A stretch of 64,000 nucleotides of DNA from Candidatus Eiseniibacteriota bacterium (GTDB lineage: Bacteria > Eisenbacteria > RBG-16-71-46 > CAVPCR01), in the NCBI GenBank assembly GCA_963702435.1, contig CAVPCR010000002.1, positions 256,001-320,000 on the forward strand, given 5' to 3'. The notes beneath the pieces are model-generated. The model worked only from the letters and a program-made list of their open reading frames with translations, was not told the origin of the DNA and made no database searches. Positions 18,293-27,065 of this stretch are shown one piece after another. Within the stretch, counting starts at the first letter, position 1. The number at the start of each line of letters is the position of its first letter. The translations under genes and the position numbers were made by a program.

Positions 18293-19717
18293 CTACTCGC
18301 TCGGCACCAGGCCGTCGAGGAGAGCGGCGAGCCGGGCCGCGAGCGCCGGACGTGCGTACGGCGCGAGGAGCCCCGCGCGCGCGGGCGGCACCGGCGGACC
18401 CTCTAAGAGCCAGGCGGCGAGGACCCGGGCCACGCCGGCGGCATCGCGTGGAGCGAGGACCGCGCTGCCGCCGGCCGCGCGGACCAGGTCGGCGGCCGGG
18501 CCGGGCGGCACCAGGGCCAGGATCGGTCGTTCGCTCGCCAGATACTCGAAGATCTTCCCCGGCGTGATGAGGCTCCCGGCCGGCTCGTCGGCCTCGAGGA
18601 GAAGGAGGAGATCGGCGGCCGCCATCTCCCTGAGCACCCGGGCGTGGTCGACGGGCGGGGCAAACTCGACCACGTCGCCGAGCCCGGCCGCGGCCACGAT
18701 CGCGTCGTTCACGCTCTCCCGCGGGCCGATCTGGCGCACGCGGAGGCGCGCGCGAAGGTCGGGGTGCGCCAGGAAGAGCTCGGCCAGCGCGGCGGCGAGC
18801 GGGGCCAGGGTGCGCTTCCCGGAGAGGAGCCCGGTATGCGCGAGGAGGATCGGCCGGGGAGCCGCGGCGGCCCCCGGCGCCGCGGCCAGGCCCGGAGGCG
18901 AACCGGCCGCCGATCCCGGCGGCGCCGCCGCCGCCCGCTCCCGCGAAAAATCGCGGAGCGGCGTGAGATCTTCCGGATCGTACCCGTTCGGGATCACGGC
19001 GAAGCGGGCGGCCGGGATCCCGGGATGGCGGGCCAGGAAATCGTCCCGCGTCGCCTCGTTGGTCACGACCACCCGGTCCGCCCGCTCGAGCACGCGCCGC
19101 TCGAGCCACTCGTGGAGGCGGCGGTGGAGCCCGGTCGGGGCGGCGAAGGTGAGGCGCCGGACCCAGGGATCGCGAAAGTCGGCCACCCACGGGACGCCGG
19201 TGCGCTCGCGGAGGACGAGGCCGACGAGATGCGCGGTATCCGGCGACGAGGTGGTGAGGAGCGCATCGATGCCGCCCCGATCGATGCGCGCCCGCGCCGC
19301 GGCGAGGGCGAACGGGAACCAGCCGGCGTAGGCATCGGGAATGAGGAGCACGCCCGAGAGGCGGCGGAGCCAGGCGAAGGAGCGGCTCGAGCGGACGACC
19401 GGGGCGGGCGCCTCGCCCGGCGCGCGGCTCCGCGCGCCCGCGGCCGCCGGTTGCGCCCGCCCCGATCGCGCCCACCCGAGGAGCGCGTGCCCGGTCAGGG
19501 CGCGCGTGCGATGGACTACCGTCCCCGGCGGGATCTGGGCGGCGAGGCCGGGGTCGAGCACCCAGTAGTCGGCGGCGCGCCCGGTCACGATCTCGCTCCG
19601 CCAGCCGAGGGGCGCGAGGTACTTCACGAACTGCACGGTGCGCTGGACGCCCCCGCCGCCGAGCGGCGGGAAGAAGTAGGCGATGAAGAGCACCGTGCGC
19701 CGCGCCCGCGCCGTCAT
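18293..19717 (-). CDS. GT4-family glycosyltransferase
   Basis: Has IAYFFPPLGGGGVQR, WVADFRDPW, IPNGYD and PGKIFEYLA. Confidence 0.9.
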   Translation of the reverse strand: MTARARRTVLFIAYFFPPLGGGGVQRTVQFVKYLAPLGWRSEIVTGRAADYWVLDPGLAAQIPPGTVVHRTRALTGHALLGWARSGRAQPAAAGARSRAPGEAPAPVVRSSRSFAWLRRLSGVLLIPDAYAGWFPFALAAARARIDRGGIDALLTTSSPDTAHLVGLVLRERTGVPWVADFRDPWVRRLTFAAPTGLHRRLHEWLERRVLERADRVVVTNEATRDDFLARHPGIPAARFAVIPNGYDPEDLTPLRDFSRERAAAAPPGSAAGSPPGLAAAPGAAAAPRPILLAHTGLLSGKRTLAPLAAALAELFLAHPDLRARLRVRQIGPRESVNDAIVAAAGLGDVVEFAPPVDHARVLREMAAADLLLLLEADEPAGSLITPGKIFEYLASERPILALVPPGPAADLVRAAGGSAVLAPRDAAGVARVLAAWLLEGPPVPPARAGLLAPYARPALAARLAALLDGLVPSE

Positions 19718-20802
19718 CGCCCCGCTCCGCGCGCGGCGACGAGCTCAGCGAACAGGGCCTCGACTGCCGCCATGTTGCGGTTCCAGGTCGCCCGCTCGTC
19801 GATGCGCCGGGCGTTCTCGGCAGCCGCCCGCGCACGGAGATCCGGGGCCGCGAGCGCGCCGGCGATCGCCGCCGCGAGCGCCGCCGGATCGTCGAGCGGC
19901 ACCAGCCTTCCGTTCACCCCGTCCTCGATCCACTCCCGGTTGGCCTCGATATCGGTGACCACGGGGAAGGCACCGGCGGCCATCGCCTCGAGGAGCGAGA
20001 CCGAGGTCGAATCGGAGCGCGAGGTGGACACGTAGATCGCGGCCCGGCCAAGGAGGCGGGCCATCGCCGCGTGCGGGACCATGCCGTGGAAGACCACTCC
20101 GCCCGGCGCCGCCGCGTCCGCGCGCGCCGCGAGCATGGCCCGCTCCGGTCCGTCGCCGGCCACCTCGATCCGAGTCCCCGGACTGGCGGCGAGGAGCGCC
20201 GGTACGGCGCCGATGAGCTGCGCCACGTTGTAGACGGGCTCGAGCTTCCGGGTCGAGACGACGAGGAGCGGCGCCCCGGGCGGCTCGGCGCCCGGCGGCA
20301 CCGCGCGCGCGGCGCGATAGCGCTCCGGTTCGACCCCCATCGGCACGGTCAACACCCGCTCGGGCGCGCCGCCGAGCGCGATCACGGCCCGGGTCAGCAT
20401 CGCCGCGTCGGTCGTGATGCGATCGGCCCGGGCGAGGACGAAGCGCGCCCGTGCCGCATGGAAGGGCGAGGCGACGCCCGAGACGAGCACGTCCGAGCCC
20501 CACGCGCTCACCACCAGCGGCCGCCAGCCCGCGAGCGTCCCGATGAGCCCGTAGTTGGGCACGAAGTGCGCGTTCACGAGATCGGGAGCGAAGCGCGCGA
20601 GGAGCCGGCGGACCGCCGGGGTCGCGAGCGGATAGCGGAGGAAACGGAACGGAACGGACGACTCGAGCAGATGACAGGGATAGGCGAACCCGTGGTCCGG
20701 CTCGAGCGAGATCAGCTCGACCGCATGCCCGCGGGCATGGAACCAGTCGGCCCAGCGGCGCGTGTGGATGACCTGGGCGTTGGCGAGGAAGGCGAGGCGC
20801 AC
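19714..20802 (-). CDS. GT4-family glycosyltransferase
   Basis: Has IHTRRWA, AWGSDVL, STRKLEPVYN and SRSDSTSVSLLEAMA. GTG start inferred. Confidence 0.9.
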   Translation of the reverse strand: MRLAFLANAQVIHTRRWADWFHARGHAVELISLEPDHGFAYPCHLLESSVPFRFLRYPLATPAVRRLLARFAPDLVNAHFVPNYGLIGTLAGWRPLVVSAWGSDVLVSGVASPFHAARARFVLARADRITTDAAMLTRAVIALGGAPERVLTVPMGVEPERYRAARAVPPGAEPPGAPLLVVSTRKLEPVYNVAQLIGAVPALLAASPGTRIEVAGDGPERAMLAARADAAAPGGVVFHGMVPHAAMARLLGRAAIYVSTSRSDSTSVSLLEAMAAGAFPVVTDIEANREWIEDGVNGRLVPLDDPAALAAAIAGALAAPDLRARAAAENARRIDERATWNRNMAAVEALFAELVAARGAGR

Positions 20803-20810
20803 GGCCCGCC

Positions 20811-21788
20811 TCACCCGCCGCCGCGCCGGACGGCGCCGAGCGGCCGGCGCACGAGCCGGAGGAGGGGATTCTCGTAGAGGTAGTAGTTGAAGAAGAGCCG
20901 CTGCGTCCCGAAGGAGGACTTGAAGTGCTCGACCCCCTTGATCCCGGCCGAGGACAGGAAGTTGAAGTAGCGGTAGCCCTGGCGCGCTCCCCACTTCATG
21001 GCCTCGGCGTACATGAGGTTGTTCGGATCGTAACCGCGGAACTCGCGGTCGAACCCGCCGACATAGGGCGTCTGGTGCTCGCCGAAAGTGAAGACGACGC
21101 ACCCGGCGATCATCCGCCCTTCGAGCCGCGCCACCCAGAGCTGGGCATTCTCCGGCGCCAGCCTCGACACGGCCGCGAAGAAACGCTCGCCGAAGGGCGG
21201 CTCCCGCTCCCAGGTGCGCGCCGTCTCGTGGTAGAGGCGGCAGAAGTCGACGAAGGTCCCTGCACCGTGCTCGATCCCGGCGTGCACGCCGCGCCGCGCC
21301 GACTTCCGCACCGAGTAGCGGAGCCCCCGCGAGAAGCGGTGCTGCCAGATCCGGTCGTATCCCTCATCGAGCCGCAGGTAGTGGATGAAGTTCTGGCTGT
21401 GGAAGACGTCGTCGGGAATGGCGAAGCGGCCGAGGGGATTCGGCGTCATCATGAGCCGCACGACCGGGGGGCGGCCGCGCCTGAGATCGCCGAGGATGGC
21501 GGCGACCTCCGCGCGGTCGAGGGCGCGCTCGGCGAGGAAAGCGCCGTAGGTGCCGAAGGGCATCGACTCGAGAGCGGCGAGGTTCCCGCCCAGGCGGGTC
21601 CGCCGCATGAGCGGCACCAGGACGCGGGCGCCGTCCGCCAGCTCGTAGAAGCGCGTGTCTACCCGGCAATCGGGGAAGGACTCGACGAGCACGGCGGCCC
21701 AGGTCGGGGTCTGGAAGAAGGTGGCGTCGCCCGTCTTCTCCACCCAGGCCCACCACTCGGCCGCCGAGACGTCGCGGATGACCTTCAC
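20811..21788 (-). CDS. GNAT-family (FemAB/Acetyltransf_6-like) acyl/aminoacyl transferase
   Basis: Has ATFFQTPTW, SMPFGTYG, RYSVRKSARRGV, PNNLMY and GVEHFKSSFG. GTGA overlap. Confidence 0.85.
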   Translation of the reverse strand: MKVIRDVSAAEWWAWVEKTGDATFFQTPTWAAVLVESFPDCRVDTRFYELADGARVLVPLMRRTRLGGNLAALESMPFGTYGAFLAERALDRAEVAAILGDLRRGRPPVVRLMMTPNPLGRFAIPDDVFHSQNFIHYLRLDEGYDRIWQHRFSRGLRYSVRKSARRGVHAGIEHGAGTFVDFCRLYHETARTWEREPPFGERFFAAVSRLAPENAQLWVARLEGRMIAGCVVFTFGEHQTPYVGGFDREFRGYDPNNLMYAEAMKWGARQGYRYFNFLSSAGIKGVEHFKSSFGTQRLFFNYYLYENPLLRLVRRPLGAVRRGGG

Positions 21789-23227
21789 CGCGGCGCCCCG
21801 GCCGGCGCCGCCCGGTAGCTCGGCACCACCGCCGCCAGCATAGCAAGAACCTGCGCTCGATCGCAAGCCATCGCGGCACGCTCGAGAACGCCGATGACCG
21901 CCTCGAGATCGGCGCGCGGCGCGAGCCGGGTCTCGACCCGCTTGATCTTGGGATGGGCGGTCGCGACCGGCGTCTCCCCCACCGCCCACAACCGCTCGTG
22001 CCGGCGCTCGCCGGGGCGGAGTCCCGTGAAGACGATCGGGATATCCACGTCCGGGCGAAACCCGGAGAAGATGATGAGCTCGCGCGCCAGATCGAGGATC
22101 CTGATCGGCTGGCCCATGTCGAGGACGAAGATCTCGCCGCCCCGGCCGAGGGCCCCGGCCTGGATGACGAGCGAGGCCGCCTCGCGCACGGTCATGAAGT
22201 AGCGGGTCGCCTCCGGATCGGACACGGTGACCGGGCCGCCGCGGGCGATCTGCCGCTTGAAGAGCGGCACCACCGAGCCGCGGCTCCCGAGCACGTTCCC
22301 GAAACGGACGGCGGTCAGGCAGGGCCGGCTCCCCGCCGCCGCCGCGCGCACCATCTCCTCCGCCAGGCGCTTGGTCGCACCCATCACGCTCTCGGGCTCG
22401 GCGGCCTTGTCGGTCGAGATGACGACGACCCGCTCGACCTCGGCGGCGCGCGCCGCCGCGATCACGTTGGCGGTGCCGACCACGTTGCGGAGCACGGCCT
22501 CTTCCGGGAAGTGCTCCATGTAGGGCACGTGCTTGTGCGCCGCGGCGTGGAAGACGACGGCCGGACGGTGCGTCGCGCAGGCCACGTCGAGCGAGCGCCG
22601 ATCGCGCACGTCGGCGATGACGAGATCGAGCGCGGTCGAGCCCGCGCCGGGACGGAGCTCCGACTCGATCTCGAAGAGCGAGTTCTCGCCGCGGCCGAGG
22701 AGCACGAGCCGCGCCGCGCCCGCCACGAGCGCCTGCCGGCAAAGCTCGCCGCCGATCGACCCGCCGGCGCCGGTGACCAGCACGGTCTTCCCGGCCAGGT
22801 AGTCGCGACCCGCCGCGCCGGCGGTCAGGTCCACCGACTCGCGGCCGAGGAGATCCTCCGGCTGGACGCGCCGGATCTGGTCGATCGTGACCTCGCCGAG
22901 GATGATCTCGCGGATCCCCGGCACGATCTTGAAGCCGACCTTCGCCTGCTCGCAGGCGCGCACGAGGGCGCGGATCGTGTCTCCGCTCTCCGAGGGCACG
23001 GCGATCAGGATCTCGTCGATCGCGAGCTCCCGGACGAGCCGCGGGATATCGGCGCGATTCCCGCACACGGGGAGCCCGGCGATCTCCGTGCCGAGCTTGG
23101 CCGGATCGTCGTCGATGAAGCCGACCGGCCGGTAGCCGTACTCGGGATGCCCCTGCATCTCGAGCGCCGCTTCCCGTCCGGCGATCCCGGCTCCGATCAG
23201 GAGAACCCGCACATCCACCCGCGCCAT
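21785..23227 (-). CDS. CapD/WbpM/PglF-like nucleotide-sugar 4,6-dehydratase lacking N-terminal TM helices
   Basis: Has VLVTGAGGSIGGEL, HAAAHKHVP, ISTDKA, MGATKR, RFGNVLGSRGSV and GLRPGE. Confidence 0.93.
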   Translation of the reverse strand: MARVDVRVLLIGAGIAGREAALEMQGHPEYGYRPVGFIDDDPAKLGTEIAGLPVCGNRADIPRLVRELAIDEILIAVPSESGDTIRALVRACEQAKVGFKIVPGIREIILGEVTIDQIRRVQPEDLLGRESVDLTAGAAGRDYLAGKTVLVTGAGGSIGGELCRQALVAGAARLVLLGRGENSLFEIESELRPGAGSTALDLVIADVRDRRSLDVACATHRPAVVFHAAAHKHVPYMEHFPEEAVLRNVVGTANVIAAARAAEVERVVVISTDKAAEPESVMGATKRLAEEMVRAAAAGSRPCLTAVRFGNVLGSRGSVVPLFKRQIARGGPVTVSDPEATRYFMTVREAASLVIQAGALGRGGEIFVLDMGQPIRILDLARELIIFSGFRPDVDIPIVFTGLRPGERRHERLWAVGETPVATAHPKIKRVETRLAPRADLEAVIGVLERAAMACDRAQVLAMLAAVVPSYRAAPAGAPR

Positions 23228-23230
23228 CGT

Positions 23231-24631
23231 CTATCCGCCCGCGGCCAGCCGGAGGAGGAGCGCCGCGCCGAGGAATCCGATCCCGCCGGCCGCGACCACC
23301 AGCGGCCAATCCCGGAGATGCTCGCGCCCGGCGGCCGCGAACACGAAGAAGTAGGGGTAGAGCTGGGTCATATGGCGCGGTCCCCCGCCCCGGAACGCTG
23401 CCGCATAGAGAGACACCGCGAGAAAGCCCATCACGAGGATCGGCGCCACCCCCACCCGCTGCTTGCGCAGGAGGTGGAGGAGCCCGGCGGCCGCGAACGG
23501 CAGGAGCGCGTAGCGGAGGAGCGAGCCGATCGCCTCCGGCCAGAAGAGAAGATCGGCCTTCCAGGGCAGCGGTGTGAGCAGGAAGCGGGCGAAGCCGATC
23601 GGATAGAAGGCCACGACGTCGCCCAGCGAGCGGTAGAACACGCCGGTGAACAGGGAGCCCTGCATGGTGCCGACGGCCGAGAGCTTGGCCACCCAGACCT
23701 CGATGTTCCGGAAACGGAGCGCCGAGTACTCGAGCGCCCCGTACACCCCCGCCGAGACGACGGCCGCGGCGGCGAGGACTGCGAGCAGGGAGCGCCCCCG
23801 CGCGCGCGCCAGGACGAAGAGACCGGCCGCCACGCCGAATGTCCAGAACAGGAACATGTAGGTGCGGAGAAAGATGAGCGGGGTGGCGGGGACCACGGCG
23901 CACAAGAGGAGCAACCACCGCGGGTGGCGGGCGAACCGGACCCAGGAGAGCGCCGAGACAAGGAGGAGGAACGCGATCGAGATGTCCTTGAGGAGCTGCA
24001 CCGACCAGTAGATGGTCGGCGGCCACACCGCCATGAAGAGCGCGGCGGTGAGCCCGACCCGGCGCCCGGCGAGGTCCCGCCCGAGGAGGAAGGTGAGCGG
24101 GACGAGACTCGCGGAGAGGAGGAGGTTCAGGCTCTGCACGACGAGCGGGGCGCGTCCCGCCAGGAAGTACACGCACGCCACGACGTAGTGATAGCCGATC
24201 GTGAACCCGGCGGTCTGGTACTCGATGCGCGCGGGCCGCCCCGCCCGCCAGTGCTCGGCGATGTTGGCGCCGACCGCGTCGTAGTTGATCGAGTCGCGGA
24301 AGAGGAAGGCGTACGGATTGGCCGGGGAGGAGAAGGCGGCGCGGATCGTGATGAGCGCGGCGACGCGAAGGAAGAGCCCCGCAGCGAAGAGCACGGCAAC
24401 CTGGTCGCGGTCCCGGGCCGGGAGCATGAAGAGGAGGATCCCGATCCCGGCGGCGCCGGCGAGCAGGATCCCGGACGCCGCCGCCACCTCGCGTCCGGCG
24501 CCGAGGAGGAGAGCCGTGAACACGGCCTCGGCGGCGAGGACGGCGCCGATCGCCCCGGCCGGACCATGACCGGGCCGCGCTTCCGCGGGCGCCGGCCCGA
24601 GCGGCCAGGTCGCGCGACCCGCGGGCGTCAT
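23231..24631 (-). CDS. Multi-TM GT-C fold protein (PMT_2-like; possible polymerase or ligase)
   Basis: Has FRDSINYD in the first loop, LLKD, many TM helices and FLLTPLPW. ATGA overlap with the PorZ-like gene. Confidence 0.7.
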   Translation of the reverse strand: MTPAGRATWPLGPAPAEARPGHGPAGAIGAVLAAEAVFTALLLGAGREVAAASGILLAGAAGIGILLFMLPARDRDQVAVLFAAGLFLRVAALITIRAAFSSPANPYAFLFRDSINYDAVGANIAEHWRAGRPARIEYQTAGFTIGYHYVVACVYFLAGRAPLVVQSLNLLLSASLVPLTFLLGRDLAGRRVGLTAALFMAVWPPTIYWSVQLLKDISIAFLLLVSALSWVRFARHPRWLLLLCAVVPATPLIFLRTYMFLFWTFGVAAGLFVLARARGRSLLAVLAAAAVVSAGVYGALEYSALRFRNIEVWVAKLSAVGTMQGSLFTGVFYRSLGDVVAFYPIGFARFLLTPLPWKADLLFWPEAIGSLLRYALLPFAAAGLLHLLRKQRVGVAPILVMGFLAVSLYAAAFRGGGPRHMTQLYPYFFVFAAAGREHLRDWPLVVAAGGIGFLGAALLLRLAAGG

Positions 24632-26922
24632 TGCTGGACGGCCACCCGGCGATAGTCCGGCGCGCAGTTGCAGGTCGCTCTCGTGCTCAGGATGCGAAGC
24701 AGATAAACCCCAGACGGCACCGGATCGCCGCTCGAGTCGCTCCCATCCCACACGATGTCGGTGGCCTGCGCCACGCGACTCGCCACTTCCCTCCCGAGCG
24801 CGTCGATGACCGTGACGTGCACCTCGCCGGCGTCGGCGGACTCGGCCAGCCGCAGGCCGCCGCTCTCGCCCGGGCGCAGGGGATTCGGGTACGGACAGAG
24901 CCGCGTGCAGGCCGCCCCGCTCCCGCCGCCTCCCCCACCGCTGCCGGCGCACGACGCATCGTAGGCGAGACGCGAGAGCCCGCCCGCCGTTGCGAACCAC
25001 ACGGCAGCCGCGGCGCGATCCACCGCGATCGCGTTCACCTGGTCGGCGGCGAGCCCGGGCCGCGACCCCGCGCTCACCACCGAGAGGGTCTGTCCTTCGC
25101 GATCGAGCGCGGCGGCGCCGCCCGGGGTGCCCACCCACATGCGCCCGCAGCCGTCGGCCGCCAGCGCATTGACCAGCGGAGCGGGAAGCGTGCTCCCCGC
25201 GACCGTCCGCACGAGCTCCGTTCCGGAGAAGACGGCGATGCCGTTCACCGTGCCGATCCACATCTCGTTCTCGCCGGCAGCGAGCGCGGTGACGCGCGTC
25301 GCCGGCAAGCCCTGGGCGGCGGCGATGTTGGCAATCGTGGCCGGCAGTCGTCCGGGGTTGGTCCACACATCGGCGCCGAAGTCCGTGTACCCGATCCACA
25401 GGCGGCCGGCGCTGTCGAAGGCGAGGGCCTCGACGGAGCTCGAGGTGAGGCCGTCGGCCGCGGTGAACTCGCTGACCTCGCGGCTCACCGGGTCGATCCG
25501 ATAGACGCCGAATCCCTCGCTCGCCTCGTGGCGCACGCTCGCAAACCAGATGGCGCCGTCGGGTCCCTCGATCATGTCGAGCACATCCCAGGTGGCCAGC
25601 GCCCGTGCGGTATCGGCAAAGGCCCGAAGCTCCTCGCCGCGACAGCTCGACCCCGTGCCGCAACAGCAGTGGCCGAGCCAGGTGGCCCCCGCCCTGCTGA
25701 CGAGCAGGGTCGAGAAGTCCTGGTTCTCGATGCCCTGGTTGCCGCGCTGCACCGCGGTGAAGGTCGGTCCGGCGTCGCCCTCGGCGACGAGCTCGGTCAG
25801 GACCGCGCGGGACACGGCGCGGGCCCGACCGGTGCCGCCGAGCGCGGCCACATCGAGGAAGTCGTTCGAGAAGGCAAAGAGCCCCGGACCGGGCGGATCG
25901 GGCGACGGGATGCGCCGCCAGATCTCGTTCGCACCGAGGCGATGGAGACCGCGATTGGTGGCCGCCCACAGCGAGCCGGAGAGAGAGACGAGGCCGTTCA
26001 CATCGCGAGTGGTGAGACCGTTGGACCGCGGGGACCAGGTCGTGTCCGTGAGGCGGTAGACGGTCGGGTTCGTGGCGCGCACGAGCGCCCCGACGTGGAG
26101 CGCGCCCGCGTGCTCGGCGAAGCAGACATAGGGCCGGCCGGCGACGAGCCCGGTGGCGCGCTCGATCCAGCGGTCGTCCTCGAAGCGATAGACGCTCGTG
26201 CGCGTCCCGGCCCACAGGAAGCCGGCGGCCACCGCGAGCGCGCGCACGTCGACATCGGTGAGTCCCGTGTTGAGGACGGCGCGCGAGCCGTCGGGATCGC
26301 GGCGCACGACCCCGCGTTGCGTGCCGAACCAGGTCGTGTCGCCGCGGGCGGCGATACCGTTGACACGCGGCGAGTCGCCGAGGATGGCCTCGAGATTGAT
26401 GGTCGCGACCACGGCGTCCCCCGGGCGCGACGGATCGGCGGGATAGGTGACGAGGGCCGCTCCGGTCGTCGTCCCCACCCACACGCTGTCGCCCACGGCG
26501 AGGAGCACGCGCACCGAGTCCGACCCGAGGTCGAAGCGGTCGAGCGGGCGGCTCAGGAATCCGCCATCCGGCGCCTCGGCCTGCAAACCGGCGCCGCGCG
26601 CTCCAAACCATCGATGTCCGCCCGCATCAGTGGCCACCGCAGTCAGGTCGGCAGCGGGGAGCCCGTCGTTCGGGTAGAGGCGGCGGTAGGTCGAGTCGTC
26701 CGGGGCAAAGGCCGTCGCTCCTCCGGTGGATGCCACCCACACCTGTCGCGCATCGGCATCGGCGGCGATCGCCTGCCCGAACGTACCGTCCATGTAGGTG
26801 GACCAGGTGCCGGCCGCGGCCCGGACCGGGACCGGCGCGGCGCTCAGGGCGAGCAGGAGGAGCCCGGCGGCGATGTGCGCCCCCCGGGCGCGCAGGATGC
26901 CGGCGGCGGATCGTCTCTGCAT
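24628..26922 (-). CDS. PorZ-like secreted beta-propeller protein with a C-terminal FlgD-Ig/T9SS-type domain (764 aa)
   Basis: GAGGAG RBS and a signal peptide. N-terminal GTWSTY, repeated blades (W.GT..G, DGL.S..V.ALA.D..G.LW) and a C-terminus YPNP..D..GR.V..WDG..SGVY. Confidence 0.7.
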   Translation of the reverse strand: MQRRSAAGILRARGAHIAAGLLLLALSAAPVPVRAAAGTWSTYMDGTFGQAIAADADARQVWVASTGGATAFAPDDSTYRRLYPNDGLPAADLTAVATDAGGHRWFGARGAGLQAEAPDGGFLSRPLDRFDLGSDSVRVLLAVGDSVWVGTTTGAALVTYPADPSRPGDAVVATINLEAILGDSPRVNGIAARGDTTWFGTQRGVVRRDPDGSRAVLNTGLTDVDVRALAVAAGFLWAGTRTSVYRFEDDRWIERATGLVAGRPYVCFAEHAGALHVGALVRATNPTVYRLTDTTWSPRSNGLTTRDVNGLVSLSGSLWAATNRGLHRLGANEIWRRIPSPDPPGPGLFAFSNDFLDVAALGGTGRARAVSRAVLTELVAEGDAGPTFTAVQRGNQGIENQDFSTLLVSRAGATWLGHCCCGTGSSCRGEELRAFADTARALATWDVLDMIEGPDGAIWFASVRHEASEGFGVYRIDPVSREVSEFTAADGLTSSSVEALAFDSAGRLWIGYTDFGADVWTNPGRLPATIANIAAAQGLPATRVTALAAGENEMWIGTVNGIAVFSGTELVRTVAGSTLPAPLVNALAADGCGRMWVGTPGGAAALDREGQTLSVVSAGSRPGLAADQVNAIAVDRAAAAVWFATAGGLSRLAYDASCAGSGGGGGGSGAACTRLCPYPNPLRPGESGGLRLAESADAGEVHVTVIDALGREVASRVAQATDIVWDGSDSSGDPVPSGVYLLRILSTRATCNCAPDYRRVAVQQ

Positions 26923-27004
26923 CGATCTCCTCTTCGACCGGGGCGACGGGTGATCGGCGTACCTCGCGGGGCCGCGAGGAGCGGGGCAAAGCGGCGTTCG
27001 GGGG

Positions 27005-27013
27005 AGCCTAGCA
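27005..27013 (-). promoter_or_regulatory. Putative extended -10 TGCTAGGCT upstream of the PorZ-like gene
   Basis: TGnTAnnnT in the 143-bp intergenic gap. Confidence 0.55.
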
Positions 27014-27065
27014 CGCACGCCGGCGCCCGGCCAAGGCGCGGCGGCGCTCCCCGGGGCCGGGGTGC

